Assembly: GCA_037445915.1 (NCBI GenBank)
Contig: JBBIJQ010000027.1
Coordinates: 1 to 24,856 of the forward strand
Direction: 5' to 3'
Origin: Planctomycetales bacterium
Lineage (GTDB): Bacteria; 4484-113
Length of the DNA stretch: 24,856 nt
The notes beneath the pieces are model-generated. The model made no database searches. It had not been told where the DNA came from and saw only the letters and a list, made by a program, of their open reading frames with translations. The translations under genes and the position numbers were made by a program. Every line of letters starts with the position of its first letter. The first letter of the stretch is position 1. Positions 7,650 through 16,202 of the stretch are shown piece after piece.

Positions 7650-8217
7650 CAGTAGCGGCTCCTTGCTTAGGACCCTTTCGTTTAGAAGCGGTTATTATAA
7701 CAAAAAGCCGGTTGCCTACCAAGCCCTTGCTACGGGAATCTACAATTCCCTCTTCGGCGAGCATTGCGACGATGCGGCTAAGCAGCCCCTGCGCCAGCGT
7801 ATCGTGGTACGCTTTCTCGCGGCCGCGCAGCAGCAAGTTGAAGCGCACCTTAAACCCGCGTTCAAGGAACTTCTTGGCCTGGTTGACTTTCGTTTCCAGG
7901 TCGTGGTCGCCGATCTTCATAGAAAGCCCAAGCTCTTTCAGCTCGCCACCGCCGCTTTTCGCGACCGTACGCTTTTTCTTTTCCTGGTATTTGAGCTTGC
8001 CGTAATCCACCATCTTGCAGACTGGCGGGTTCTCGTTCGGGCTAACTTCTACGAGGTCAAGCGCCTTTTCCCACGTGCGGTTCAGCGCCTCTTCAATGGG
8101 AACGACGCCAAGGCTTGCGCCGGTTTCATCAATAAGAAGGACCTCGGGTATCCGTATCTGACGATTGACCCTCGGCCCCCTTTGCCCTTTCCCTTTTACA
8201 GATGGTTTTTGCCTCAA
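7573..8217 (-). CDS. infC: Translation initiation factor IF-3 (proposed TTG start at 8217 rather than 8289)
   Basis: RVNRQIRIPEVLLID, LDLVEVSP..PPVCKMVDYGKLKY, IGDHDLETK, FLERGFKV, RGRE. Start choice is inferred from the promoter at 8225-8253 and typical IF3 N-terminal length. Confidence 0.95.
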   Translation of the reverse strand: MRQKPSVKGKGQRGPRVNRQIRIPEVLLIDETGASLGVVPIEEALNRTWEKALDLVEVSPNENPPVCKMVDYGKLKYQEKKKRTVAKSGGGELKELGLSMKIGDHDLETKVNQAKKFLERGFKVRFNLLLRGREKAYHDTLAQGLLSRIVAMLAEEGIVDSRSKGLVGNRLFVIITASKRKGPKQGAATDAKTKSENTSSDREADSPNKEREAS

Positions 8218-8224
8218 CTCTGAA

Positions 8225-8253
8225 GTTATATCAGACGCGCTTGATTGCGTCAA
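8225..8253 (-). promoter_or_regulatory. sigma70-like promoter of the infC-rpmI-rplT-pheS operon
   Basis: TTGACG, 17 nt ending in TGa, TATAAC, then 7 nt to an in-frame TTG. Confidence 0.65.
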
Positions 8254-8342
8254 ATCCGCACTACTAGCAGGCCGCTTCATCGCTCGCAAACAGCTGCAAA
8301 TTAGCTAGACTTAAGCACAAGTGATTTAGCGCGCCATAGTTA

Positions 8343-8372
8343 ATGACAAAGCTAAGGATGTTCTGATAAAAT
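8343..8372 (+). promoter_or_regulatory. sigma70-like promoter of the rpsA operon
   Basis: ATGACA, 18 nt ending in TGa, TAAAAT. Confidence 0.55.
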
Positions 8373-8430
8373 GCAAAGTTCACAGCCGCGTTGTGGCTGG
8401 CTCGGACATATTATTTAGAGGCTGTTGTTA

Positions 8431-9825
8431 ATGGACGAATTCAAGGAACTCCTGGAAGACGATCTGGGAACCCAAGCCCTTCAGCAGGGCTCCGTTGTAA
8501 CCGGTAAAATCGTGCAAATTGGCGAGTCGGGCGTCTTTGTTGACATCGGCGCCAAGAGCGAAGGCGTTTTGCCGCTTGACCAGATACTCCCCCGCGACCT
8601 TCCCCGCCTTCAAGTCGGCGAAGACATCAAGGTCAAAGTCGTCAAGCGCGTTGAGGGAGAATACATCCTCAGCAAGCGCGCAGTAGATTACGAAGAGGCC
8701 TGGAACCGCCTGCTTGACGCGCAGCGTGACAACGCCGCGATTGAAATCACGATTGAATCGCCCGCCAAGAACGGCTACATCGCGCGCGCATACGGCGTCG
8801 CCGAGGGCTTCGTCCACCGCTCCAACTTTGACGATACGCCGGAAATCGGCAGCACTTATAAGGCGTTCATACTTGACTTGAACAAGCGCGACCGCAAGCT
8901 AGTATTCTCGCGCCGCGCTATCCTTAAAGAAGAGCAGGAAAACCGCCTTGAAGAGGAGTTCGGCCATTACCAGCCCGGTATGGTCGTTGACGGCACCGTT
9001 GACAGCCTTACCGCTTACGGCGCGTTTATCCGCATTTCGCCAAGCATAACCGGCTTGCTGCACATCTCCGAGATGGCGTGGCACCAGGTTAAGCGCCCCT
9101 CCGACGTCATCAAGAAGGGCGATAAGGTCAAGGTAAAGATTCTTGAGCTTGACCCCGACCGCAAAAAGATATCTCTGTCGCTCAAGGCCGCCACGCCCGA
9201 CCCACTGGCCTCGCTGCTTTCCGGCGAGGAGCTTGAGGGCAAAGTGGAATCCGTCGCCGACTTCGGCGTGTTCGTGCGCCTGACGAACCATGTCACTGGC
9301 CTAGTTCATACCAGCGAGCTTTCGCACAAGCGCTTCGGCCACCCTTCCGAGCTTCACAAGCAGGGCGATCGCGTGAAGGTCAAGGTCATTAACGTTGACA
9401 CCGACAGCCGCCGCGTGGGCTTGTCCATCAAGGCTTGCGAGCAGGACCCGTGGAACGAAGTGCAGCTCAAATACAGCCTTGGCCAGGTCGTTGAGGGCCA
9501 AGTCACCCAGCTTCTTGACAACGGCATGGTCGTCAAGCTTGACGATTCCTTTGAGGGCTTCGTGCCCATCGGCGAAATCAGCCTTGACCGGATTGACCAC
9601 CCCAAGCGCAAGCACCAAGTTGGCGAGACCGTTGGCGTCAAGGTCATGAATATAGACACCAATCGCCGCCGCATCCGCCTGTCGATCAAGGCGATGCTGG
9701 TTGATGGCGACGCTGTTGGGATTCCTTCCGAGCCCACAGGCTCCGCTGACATCTCACCGACCGCGGGGAAGGTAACCCTTGGCGACCTCATCGACACGAG
9801 CAAGCTTATTATTGAGGAAGAGTGA
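8431..9825 (+). CDS. rpsA: 30S ribosomal protein S1 (five S1 domains)
   Basis: VFVDIGAKSEG; repeated G.V....FG.FV.L....GL.H.SE..RI.LS.K units; C-terminal TLGDLI; AGAGG SD 9 nt before ATG 8431. Confidence 0.93.
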   Translation: MDEFKELLEDDLGTQALQQGSVVTGKIVQIGESGVFVDIGAKSEGVLPLDQILPRDLPRLQVGEDIKVKVVKRVEGEYILSKRAVDYEEAWNRLLDAQRDNAAIEITIESPAKNGYIARAYGVAEGFVHRSNFDDTPEIGSTYKAFILDLNKRDRKLVFSRRAILKEEQENRLEEEFGHYQPGMVVDGTVDSLTAYGAFIRISPSITGLLHISEMAWHQVKRPSDVIKKGDKVKVKILELDPDRKKISLSLKAATPDPLASLLSGEELEGKVESVADFGVFVRLTNHVTGLVHTSELSHKRFGHPSELHKQGDRVKVKVINVDTDSRRVGLSIKACEQDPWNEVQLKYSLGQVVEGQVTQLLDNGMVVKLDDSFEGFVPIGEISLDRIDHPKRKHQVGETVGVKVMNIDTNRRRIRLSIKAMLVDGDAVGIPSEPTGSADISPTAGKVTLGDLIDTSKLIIEEE

Positions 9826-10427
9826 TGATAATCGGCATCACCGGAGGCATTGCCTGCGGCAAGACTGAAGCAGGCAAGGTGCTGGAAGGGAAAGGAGTGC
9901 CGGTTCTGGACGCTGACGAAGTCGCGCACTATATCAGCAGATACGAGCCTGCGATTATTGACGCCGTCCGCGCGGCCTTCGGCAGCGGTGTATTCACTCC
10001 ACAAGGCAAGCTAGACCGCAAAGCGCTGGGTTCAATAGTATTTTCAAGTCCCGCCGACCGCGCTAGGCTGGAACGCATATTCCATCCCCGCATTAAGGAT
10101 GTCCTCCGTTTGAGCATTGAGCATGCGCGCAAGAGCGGCACGAGCGTGGCGTTAGTTGCCCCGCTGCTCATTGAATCGAATTATCAGGACATGGTGGACG
10201 TCATATGGGTTGTGAGCTGCGACGAAGTTTCACAGGTGAAGCGCCTGCGCGATTCTTGCGGCATCAATGAGATTGAGGCATGCAGGCGCATAAACGCCCA
10301 GCTTCCGCTCCGCGAGAAGGAGGCGTATGGGCATTATGTGCTTCGCAACAACGGCAGCCTTGATGAGTTCCGCAAACTCGTCGCTGAAACATGGGAGAAG
10401 ACGATTCAAGAATATGGCAGTAAGTAG
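9825..10427 (+). CDS. coaE: Dephospho-CoA kinase
   Basis: IIGITGGIACGKT P-loop, LDAD, LDRKALG..VF, LERIFHP, PLLIE, RINAQLP, NNGS. Confidence 0.96.
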   Translation: MIIGITGGIACGKTEAGKVLEGKGVPVLDADEVAHYISRYEPAIIDAVRAAFGSGVFTPQGKLDRKALGSIVFSSPADRARLERIFHPRIKDVLRLSIEHARKSGTSVALVAPLLIESNYQDMVDVIWVVSCDEVSQVKRLRDSCGINEIEACRRINAQLPLREKEAYGHYVLRNNGSLDEFRKLVAETWEKTIQEYGSK

Positions 10428-11541
10428 GTTTCCGCGGATTGCCCTATTGCTGTTGCTGGCTACCTATTGGCTTTCGCATACGGCTTACGCGCAGATGGGG
10501 CCGTCAGTCCAGGCAGGGCGCAAGGACCCCACCGCGCAGGATGACTTCAAGGTTTTGAAGTGGGCGTTGCCTACGCTTTCCGACGATGATGTCCTCTATC
10601 TGCTTGACGAGATTGAGTATTCGTGCTCATCTTACGATGTTGACTTCAGCTTCGGCCTGGCGGTCATAGCAGCCGAAGCTTCTTTCGGCAACAAGACTGC
10701 TTACACCCGCAAGCGTTCATGGGACTTCGTGCAGCTTATGACTAAAGCGCCAACGACCTCCTACCCGCCCGTTACGCGCGACTTGAAGATCGCACTGTCA
10801 TCACTTGCCGAGCTGATCCAGACAGAAGCCGATACTCCCAGCATCCTTCGGGCATACTGGGCTGACGACGTCCGCGGCTACAACACGGACACCGAAGAGG
10901 AGTTCGCCAAGCGCGTAAACATGAAATGGGCGTTACTCCAAGGGAAAGATGAGAAGCAGGTAACGCAACAAAACTACATTCGGGAAGTTGAAAAGTTTCC
11001 CACCAAGGGCGAAAGAGATTGGGATTTCCCAATCAACGAGATGCCCTATCTCAACAAGCTGCTTGTGAAATACGCGGTTGAGCCGCGGTACGCAGCCGTA
11101 GCGCAGCGCTACAATTCGCGGCTTTCGGAGCAGGAAGCTGCGCTCATTGCGCGCGCAGTGCTTTCATTCTCCCAACAGTCAGACGGGGTTGACCCGCGCC
11201 TCGTAATGGCCGTTATCGCCGCCGAATCAAGGTTTAACCCGCGCGCAGTCAGCCGCGCCGGCGCGATGGGATTGGCGCAGCTTATGCCTGCGACCGCGCG
11301 CAGCCACGGCATCCGTGACGCTTTTGACCCAGTGCAGAACATTTATGTATGCGTAAAGTATTTAGAGCGCGAGATGAACCGGTGGGGAAGCAGAAGCGAC
11401 TGGCTAGACCTAGTGCTTGCGAGCTATAATGCTGGCCCGGGCGCGGTAAAGAAGTACGGCGGCATCCCGCCATACTCCGAAACCCGCAACTACGTCCGCA
11501 TCGTGAAGAGGTATTACTCCGAATTCAGGAACGGCCGCTAG
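10414..11541 (+). CDS. Secreted SLT-family lytic transglycosylase
   Basis: Signal peptide (MAVSRFPRIALLLLLATYWLSHTAYA); AVIAAESRFNPRAVSRAGAMGLAQLMPATA, ASYNAGPG, IPPYSETRNYV. Start moved to the ATG at 10414. Confidence 0.92.
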   Translation: MAVSRFPRIALLLLLATYWLSHTAYAQMGPSVQAGRKDPTAQDDFKVLKWALPTLSDDDVLYLLDEIEYSCSSYDVDFSFGLAVIAAEASFGNKTAYTRKRSWDFVQLMTKAPTTSYPPVTRDLKIALSSLAELIQTEADTPSILRAYWADDVRGYNTDTEEEFAKRVNMKWALLQGKDEKQVTQQNYIREVEKFPTKGERDWDFPINEMPYLNKLLVKYAVEPRYAAVAQRYNSRLSEQEAALIARAVLSFSQQSDGVDPRLVMAVIAAESRFNPRAVSRAGAMGLAQLMPATARSHGIRDAFDPVQNIYVCVKYLEREMNRWGSRSDWLDLVLASYNAGPGAVKKYGGIPPYSETRNYVRIVKRYYSEFRNGR

Positions 11542-12651
11542 ATGGAAGCTGGTATTAAGAAAACACCTCTCTTTGAAAAACACATCGCGCTTGGCGCGAA
11601 GATGGTTGAGTTTGCCGGCTACATGATGCCGGTCTGGTATCCCGCAGGAATCGTGAAGGAACACCTCTCAGTGCGCAACGCGGCAGGCATCTTTGACTTG
11701 ACGCACATGGGCGAGTTCTTCATCAAAGGCCCGCGCGCCTTTGAGTTTATCCAGCACATCACATGCAACGATGTGCGCCGCATCGGAAACGGCGGCGTGC
11801 AGTACACGCTCTTTCCCACGCCAGAAGGCGGAGTCGTTGACGATTTGCTCGTTTACCAGATAAACCCGGACAGCTACATGATGGTGGTCAATGCCGCCAA
11901 CATAGACAAGGACTGGGCCTGGGTGAACCAGCACAACACATTTGGCGTAGAGCTAACCAACCTTTCCGACGAATATGCGCTTATAGCCGTGCAAGGCCCG
12001 CGGACAGACGAAATCCTCACCCGCGCGGGTTTTGCGAATATCGCATACGAACACCCGTTCACCTTTCGCAAGGTGAAGCGCGGCGGCGACCATATTTTCC
12101 TTTGCGTTACTGGCTATACTGGCGAGCGCGGCTTTGAGCTTATCGTCAAGAACGCAAGCGCGCCCCAGCTCTGGGACGACTTGATGGAAGCCGGCGAAGG
12201 GCTTAGCTTAGCGCCTATCGGGCTTGGCGCGCGGGATACGCTGCGGCTGGAAGCAGGCTTGTGCCTTTACGGGCACGAGCTTGAAAAGGACACGTCGGTT
12301 GTTGAAGCCAATTTGAACTGGGCGATTGGATGGAGCAAGGAATTCCTGGGCAAGGACGTGCTGGTGCGCCACCGCGACGAAGGAACCACGCGGCTTCTTT
12401 ACGGCATCGTCGTGGATAAGCAGCATGGCTCCCCCCGCCCCGGCGCGAAGGTTTACGACGGCGACAAGGAAGCCGGCATCGTAACCAGCGGCGCGCCTTC
12501 GCCGACATTGGATAAAAGCATTGCATTTTGCTACCTGCGCCCTGATTTATGCGAGCCCGGTAGCGGGCTGGCTGTGGAAGTGCGCGGCAAGCGCGCACCG
12601 GCGGTGGCGATGAAGCCTCCTTTTGTTAAGCACCGATTGTTTGAACACTAA
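11542..12651 (+). CDS. gcvT: Glycine cleavage system aminomethyltransferase T
   Basis: KKTPL, FAGYMMPVWY, EHLSVR..GIFDLTHMGE, VVNAAN, AVQGP, TGYTGERGFE, GLGARDTLRLEAG.LYGHE. Confidence 0.97.
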   Translation: MEAGIKKTPLFEKHIALGAKMVEFAGYMMPVWYPAGIVKEHLSVRNAAGIFDLTHMGEFFIKGPRAFEFIQHITCNDVRRIGNGGVQYTLFPTPEGGVVDDLLVYQINPDSYMMVVNAANIDKDWAWVNQHNTFGVELTNLSDEYALIAVQGPRTDEILTRAGFANIAYEHPFTFRKVKRGGDHIFLCVTGYTGERGFELIVKNASAPQLWDDLMEAGEGLSLAPIGLGARDTLRLEAGLCLYGHELEKDTSVVEANLNWAIGWSKEFLGKDVLVRHRDEGTTRLLYGIVVDKQHGSPRPGAKVYDGDKEAGIVTSGAPSPTLDKSIAFCYLRPDLCEPGSGLAVEVRGKRAPAVAMKPPFVKHRLFEH

Positions 12652-12666
12652 ATCCAGGAGGAAGCA

Positions 12667-13044
12667 GTGGCTGAATACAGATTCGCTAATACGCATGAGT
12701 ATATCGTTGAGGACGGAGGAGTTTACCGCGTCGGCTTGAGCGCGTTCGCCGCCGATTCCCTGGGCGACATCACATTCGTTGAATTGCCGGAAGCGGGCGC
12801 GAAGTTCGTGCAGGGCGAGTCGTTTGCGAATGTGGAGTCGCCGAAAGCAGTCTCCGAAATTTACGCGCCGGTGGACATGGAGATTGTAGAGACCAACACC
12901 GCGCTTGTGGACGCGCCTGAATTGGTAAACGCTTCGCCGCTTGGAGACGCTTGGCTCGTTAAAGTAAAGGCGACTAACCCGGCGCAGCTTGACGCGCTTA
13001 TACCGCAGGCCGATTACGACGCAATGGACAAGGAAGGGCGCTAG
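12667..13044 (+). CDS. gcvH: Glycine cleavage system H protein
   Basis: HEY, LGDITFVELP, VESPKAVSEIYAPV (lipoyl Lys), PELVN..P...AWL; AGGAGG SD before GTG. Confidence 0.96.
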   Translation: MAEYRFANTHEYIVEDGGVYRVGLSAFAADSLGDITFVELPEAGAKFVQGESFANVESPKAVSEIYAPVDMEIVETNTALVDAPELVNASPLGDAWLVKVKATNPAQLDALIPQADYDAMDKEGR

Positions 13045-13108
13045 CCCTATTCTGCCCAGCACTTCGCATCAAACATCCATGGCGGGGGGTTCCCGCCGGG
13101 AGGAAACA

Positions 13109-14473
13109 ATGCCATACATTCCAAGCACTGACGCCGACCGCGCAGCAATGCTGAATCGCATCGGCGCAAAGAACATTGAAGAGCTCTTTGACGCTATCCC
13201 AGAAAAGCTGCGGATGAAAGCCGATCTGAATATCCCGCCAGGCCTCCCTGAATCAGCGGTCATGGCTTACATGTCAGAACTCGGCGCGAAAAACCACGTA
13301 TTCCATCCCCACCGCGTGCTTGCGGGCGGGGGCGTTTACTGCCACTTCATCCCGTCAGTGGTGAAAGAACTCACCCACCGCGGCGAGTTTTACACCGCCT
13401 ACACGCCTTACCAGCCTGAAGTTTCGCAGGGAATGCTCCAGGCGATTTTTGAGTACCAGAGCTATGTCTGCATGCTCACGGGGATGGAAGTCAGCAACGC
13501 AAGCTCATACGACGGCGGGACTGCGCTCATGGACGCTGCGCTCATGGCGCGAAACGCCACTAAGCGCAGCCGCATCCTGCTGCCGCCGTATCTCAACCCG
13601 CAGTACCGCGAAGTAGTGGAAACCTACAACCTTGGGATGGCGGCTGGCATTGTGACGCTGCCTGCCGACGCCGACGGCGCGATTGACCGCAAAGTGTTGG
13701 ACAAAGAACTTGCGGCGGGCAACGTCGCAGCGCTGGTCATCCAGTTCCCCAACTACATGGGCTTCTACGAAGAAGACATCCCTGGGATGGTCAAAGCCGC
13801 GCACGATGCAGGCGCGCTGGCGGTATTCTCCGCCTACCCGTTCGCGATGGGCGTCACTTGCACGCCCGGCGAGATGGGCGCGGACATCGTAACTGGCGAA
13901 GGCCAGCCGCTGGGCCTTGCGCCAAGCTTCGGCGGGCCTTACCTCGGATACTGCGCCACGACGATGAAGCTCGTGCGCCAGCTTCCAGGCCGCATCATCG
14001 GCAAGGCTAACGCTGCCTTCGGGCGCAAGGGATACGTGATGACGCTCCAGGCGCGCGAGCAGCATATCCGCCGCGACAAGGCAGCCAGCAACATCTGCAC
14101 TAACCAAGCTCTCTGCGCGCTGCAAACGACCATTTACTTGTCTATCATAGGCAAGCATGGATTCCATCACATCGCGCGCAAGTGCGAGGAGAATGCCCAT
14201 TACGCCGCGCAGAAGATCAGCGGGATAAAGGGATTGAAGATGGCTTTCCCTAAACGCGCGTTCTTCAATGAGTTCGCTGCGCAGCTTGAAAACCCAGCGC
14301 TTCTGCCACTAGCCCGCGAAGCCCTGATGAAGAAGGGGTGGCTGCCCGGAGTTACGCTGGAAGACAAATATCCTGCGCTAAAAGGCGGCCTGCTTCTCGC
14401 ATTCACAGAACTTCAAGACAAGGCATCCATTGACGAGTTTGCCCGCGACTTTCAGGAGGCGCTCAATGTCTAA
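13109..14473 (+). CDS. gcvPA: Glycine dehydrogenase (decarboxylating) subunit 1
   Basis: MPYIP, EFYTAYTPYQPEVSQG, SNASSYDG, FGGPYLG, TLQAREQHIRRDKAASNICTNQAL; GGAGG SD before ATG 13109. Confidence 0.97.
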   Translation: MPYIPSTDADRAAMLNRIGAKNIEELFDAIPEKLRMKADLNIPPGLPESAVMAYMSELGAKNHVFHPHRVLAGGGVYCHFIPSVVKELTHRGEFYTAYTPYQPEVSQGMLQAIFEYQSYVCMLTGMEVSNASSYDGGTALMDAALMARNATKRSRILLPPYLNPQYREVVETYNLGMAAGIVTLPADADGAIDRKVLDKELAAGNVAALVIQFPNYMGFYEEDIPGMVKAAHDAGALAVFSAYPFAMGVTCTPGEMGADIVTGEGQPLGLAPSFGGPYLGYCATTMKLVRQLPGRIIGKANAAFGRKGYVMTLQAREQHIRRDKAASNICTNQALCALQTTIYLSIIGKHGFHHIARKCEENAHYAAQKISGIKGLKMAFPKRAFFNEFAAQLENPALLPLAREALMKKGWLPGVTLEDKYPALKGGLLLAFTELQDKASIDEFARDFQEALNV

Positions 14474-15914
14474 GCTTATCTTTGAAAAATCAAAGCCCGG
14501 CCGCAAGCGGCACGATATCGCCGACTTTAGCGGCATTGCCGAAACCAGCCCTTACGCGCCGGAAAGCATCCGCCGCACAGCACCAATCCCATTGCCGGAG
14601 CTGGCGGAAGTGGACACGGTGCGCCATTACATCGGGCTGTCGCGCAAGAGCTTCGGCGTGGACGTGGGCTTTTACCCACTTGGCTCTTGCACTATGAAAT
14701 ATAACCCGAAGGTTAACGAAGAAGTGTGCATGCTCCCGGAATGGGCGTGCCTGCACCCGGAGCAGCCTGCCTGCACTTCGCAAGGGGCGCTGGAATTGCT
14801 TTACGAGCTCCAATGCGACCTGGCTGAGATTGCGGGAATGGAAGCTGTAAGCCTGCAACCGGCCGCCGGCGCGCACGGCGAGCTTACGGGGATGCTTATG
14901 TTCCGCGCTTACTTCAACGGCATCGGCGAGAATCGGACGATAATGATAGTTCCCGACTCTTCGCACGGCACCAACCCCGCCAGCGCAGTCATTGCCGGAT
15001 TCACTGTGCGCGAGCTGAAGAGCAACGAGCACGGCCAGGTTTCGCTGGAAGCAGTGCAGGAGCTTTGCCGCAAGGAAGGCGAAGCGAGCATCGGCGGCAT
15101 AATGATGACCAATCCCAATACGCTGGGCTTGTTTGAGCCGCAGGTGAGGGAAATCGCCGAATATATGCACTCTATAGGCGCGCTGCTTTACTACGACGGC
15201 GCGAACCTCAATGCGAACCTGGGTTACGTGCGCCCCGGCGACATGGGCTTTGACCTTGTGCACTTCAATTTGCACAAGACGTTCTCCACACCGCACGGCG
15301 GCGGCGGCCCCGGCTCAGGGCCGGTGGGAGTGTGCTGCAAGCTCGCGCCATACCTGCCACACCCGCTCGTTGCGAAGACGGGCGATGTGTTTGAATTCGT
15401 GAAGCCGGAAAAGTCCATCGGCCGAATGAAGCTCTACTTCGGCAACTTCGGCGTCATCGTCCGCGCGATGGTTTATGTGCGCGCCCTGGGGCGAGAAGGC
15501 CTGAAGCGCGTTGCTGAAAACGCTGTGCTCAACGCCAACTACATCCAAGAGCGCCTCAAAGACGCTTACGACATTCCCTACTACCAGCGGTGCATGCACG
15601 AGTTCGTGCTCTCTGCCGACAGGCAAAAGAAGCTGGGCGCGAGCGCTATGGACATAGCCAAGAAGCTGCTCAACGACGGCTACCACGCGCCGACGGTTTA
15701 CTTCCCGCTCATCGTTCACGAGGCGATGATGATTGAGCCGACGGAGACCGAAAGCCTGGAGACGCTGGACGCGTTTTGCGATACGATGCTCGGCTACGCC
15801 AAGGCGATTGAGGAAGACGTTGAGAAGTTCAAGGAGCTTCCGAACCTCTATATCCAGCACATTGACGACGCCGCCGCCGCGCGCAGCCCCGTCGTGCGCT
15901 GGACGCCAGAGTAG
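14466..15914 (+). CDS. gcvPB: Glycine dehydrogenase (decarboxylating) subunit 2
   Basis: LIFEKS, FYPLGSCTMKYNPK, QPAAGAHGE, HGTNPAS, NLHKTFSTPHGGGGPG (PLP Lys), MIEPTETES; GGAGG SD before ATG 14466. Confidence 0.97.
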   Translation: MSKLIFEKSKPGRKRHDIADFSGIAETSPYAPESIRRTAPIPLPELAEVDTVRHYIGLSRKSFGVDVGFYPLGSCTMKYNPKVNEEVCMLPEWACLHPEQPACTSQGALELLYELQCDLAEIAGMEAVSLQPAAGAHGELTGMLMFRAYFNGIGENRTIMIVPDSSHGTNPASAVIAGFTVRELKSNEHGQVSLEAVQELCRKEGEASIGGIMMTNPNTLGLFEPQVREIAEYMHSIGALLYYDGANLNANLGYVRPGDMGFDLVHFNLHKTFSTPHGGGGPGSGPVGVCCKLAPYLPHPLVAKTGDVFEFVKPEKSIGRMKLYFGNFGVIVRAMVYVRALGREGLKRVAENAVLNANYIQERLKDAYDIPYYQRCMHEFVLSADRQKKLGASAMDIAKKLLNDGYHAPTVYFPLIVHEAMMIEPTETESLETLDAFCDTMLGYAKAIEEDVEKFKELPNLYIQHIDDAAAARSPVVRWTPE

Positions 15915-16117
15915 GCAATCAGCGACATTACACCGCCTGATGTAGGAAAGCGCTTTGGCCCCTTGCGCACATGGCAGCTACGCCTAGCTCATATACTTAA
16001 ACTGTTGCGCCCTGAAGGCGGTATCTCGTTCTTTAGCCGCAGCGCGCAGGAGCAGGCAATACACAGCAATGCTTCAGCCTAACGTTAAAGTTGAGTTCTT
16101 AGCCTTGCGGGCGCGGT

Positions 16118-16146
16118 TTGACAAACTCAGAAAGGCATAGTAGACT
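16118..16146 (+). promoter_or_regulatory. sigma70-like promoter of the PKD-repeat lipoprotein gene
   Basis: TTGACA - 17 nt - TAGACT. Confidence 0.7.
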
Positions 16147-16202
16147 GCCAGATATGCCAAAAAAGCCGGGGGCTTTATGGACATTACAGGGGAAAACGTG
16201 AA

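Noticed and set aside
8218-8289. N-terminal extension of IF3 in the ORF track
   Set aside because: Overlaps the predicted promoter and has no IF3 similarity.
10327-10413. Upstream starts in the ORF track for SLT (10327), gcvPA (12989), gcvPB (14430) and gdhA (23102)
   Set aside because: Downstream ATGs fit better with SD position, signal peptide or family N-termini.
13505-15860. Long antisense ORFs over gcvPA/gcvPB, and similar ones over pheS, rpsA, gdh and gltX
   Set aside because: Fully overlap confident conserved genes and are typical codon-bias shadows.
15915-16117. Riboswitch, ncRNA or small ORF after gcvPB
   Set aside because: No recognisable conserved RNA motif, strong hairpin or SD-led ORF; an Rfam scan would be needed to exclude it fully.
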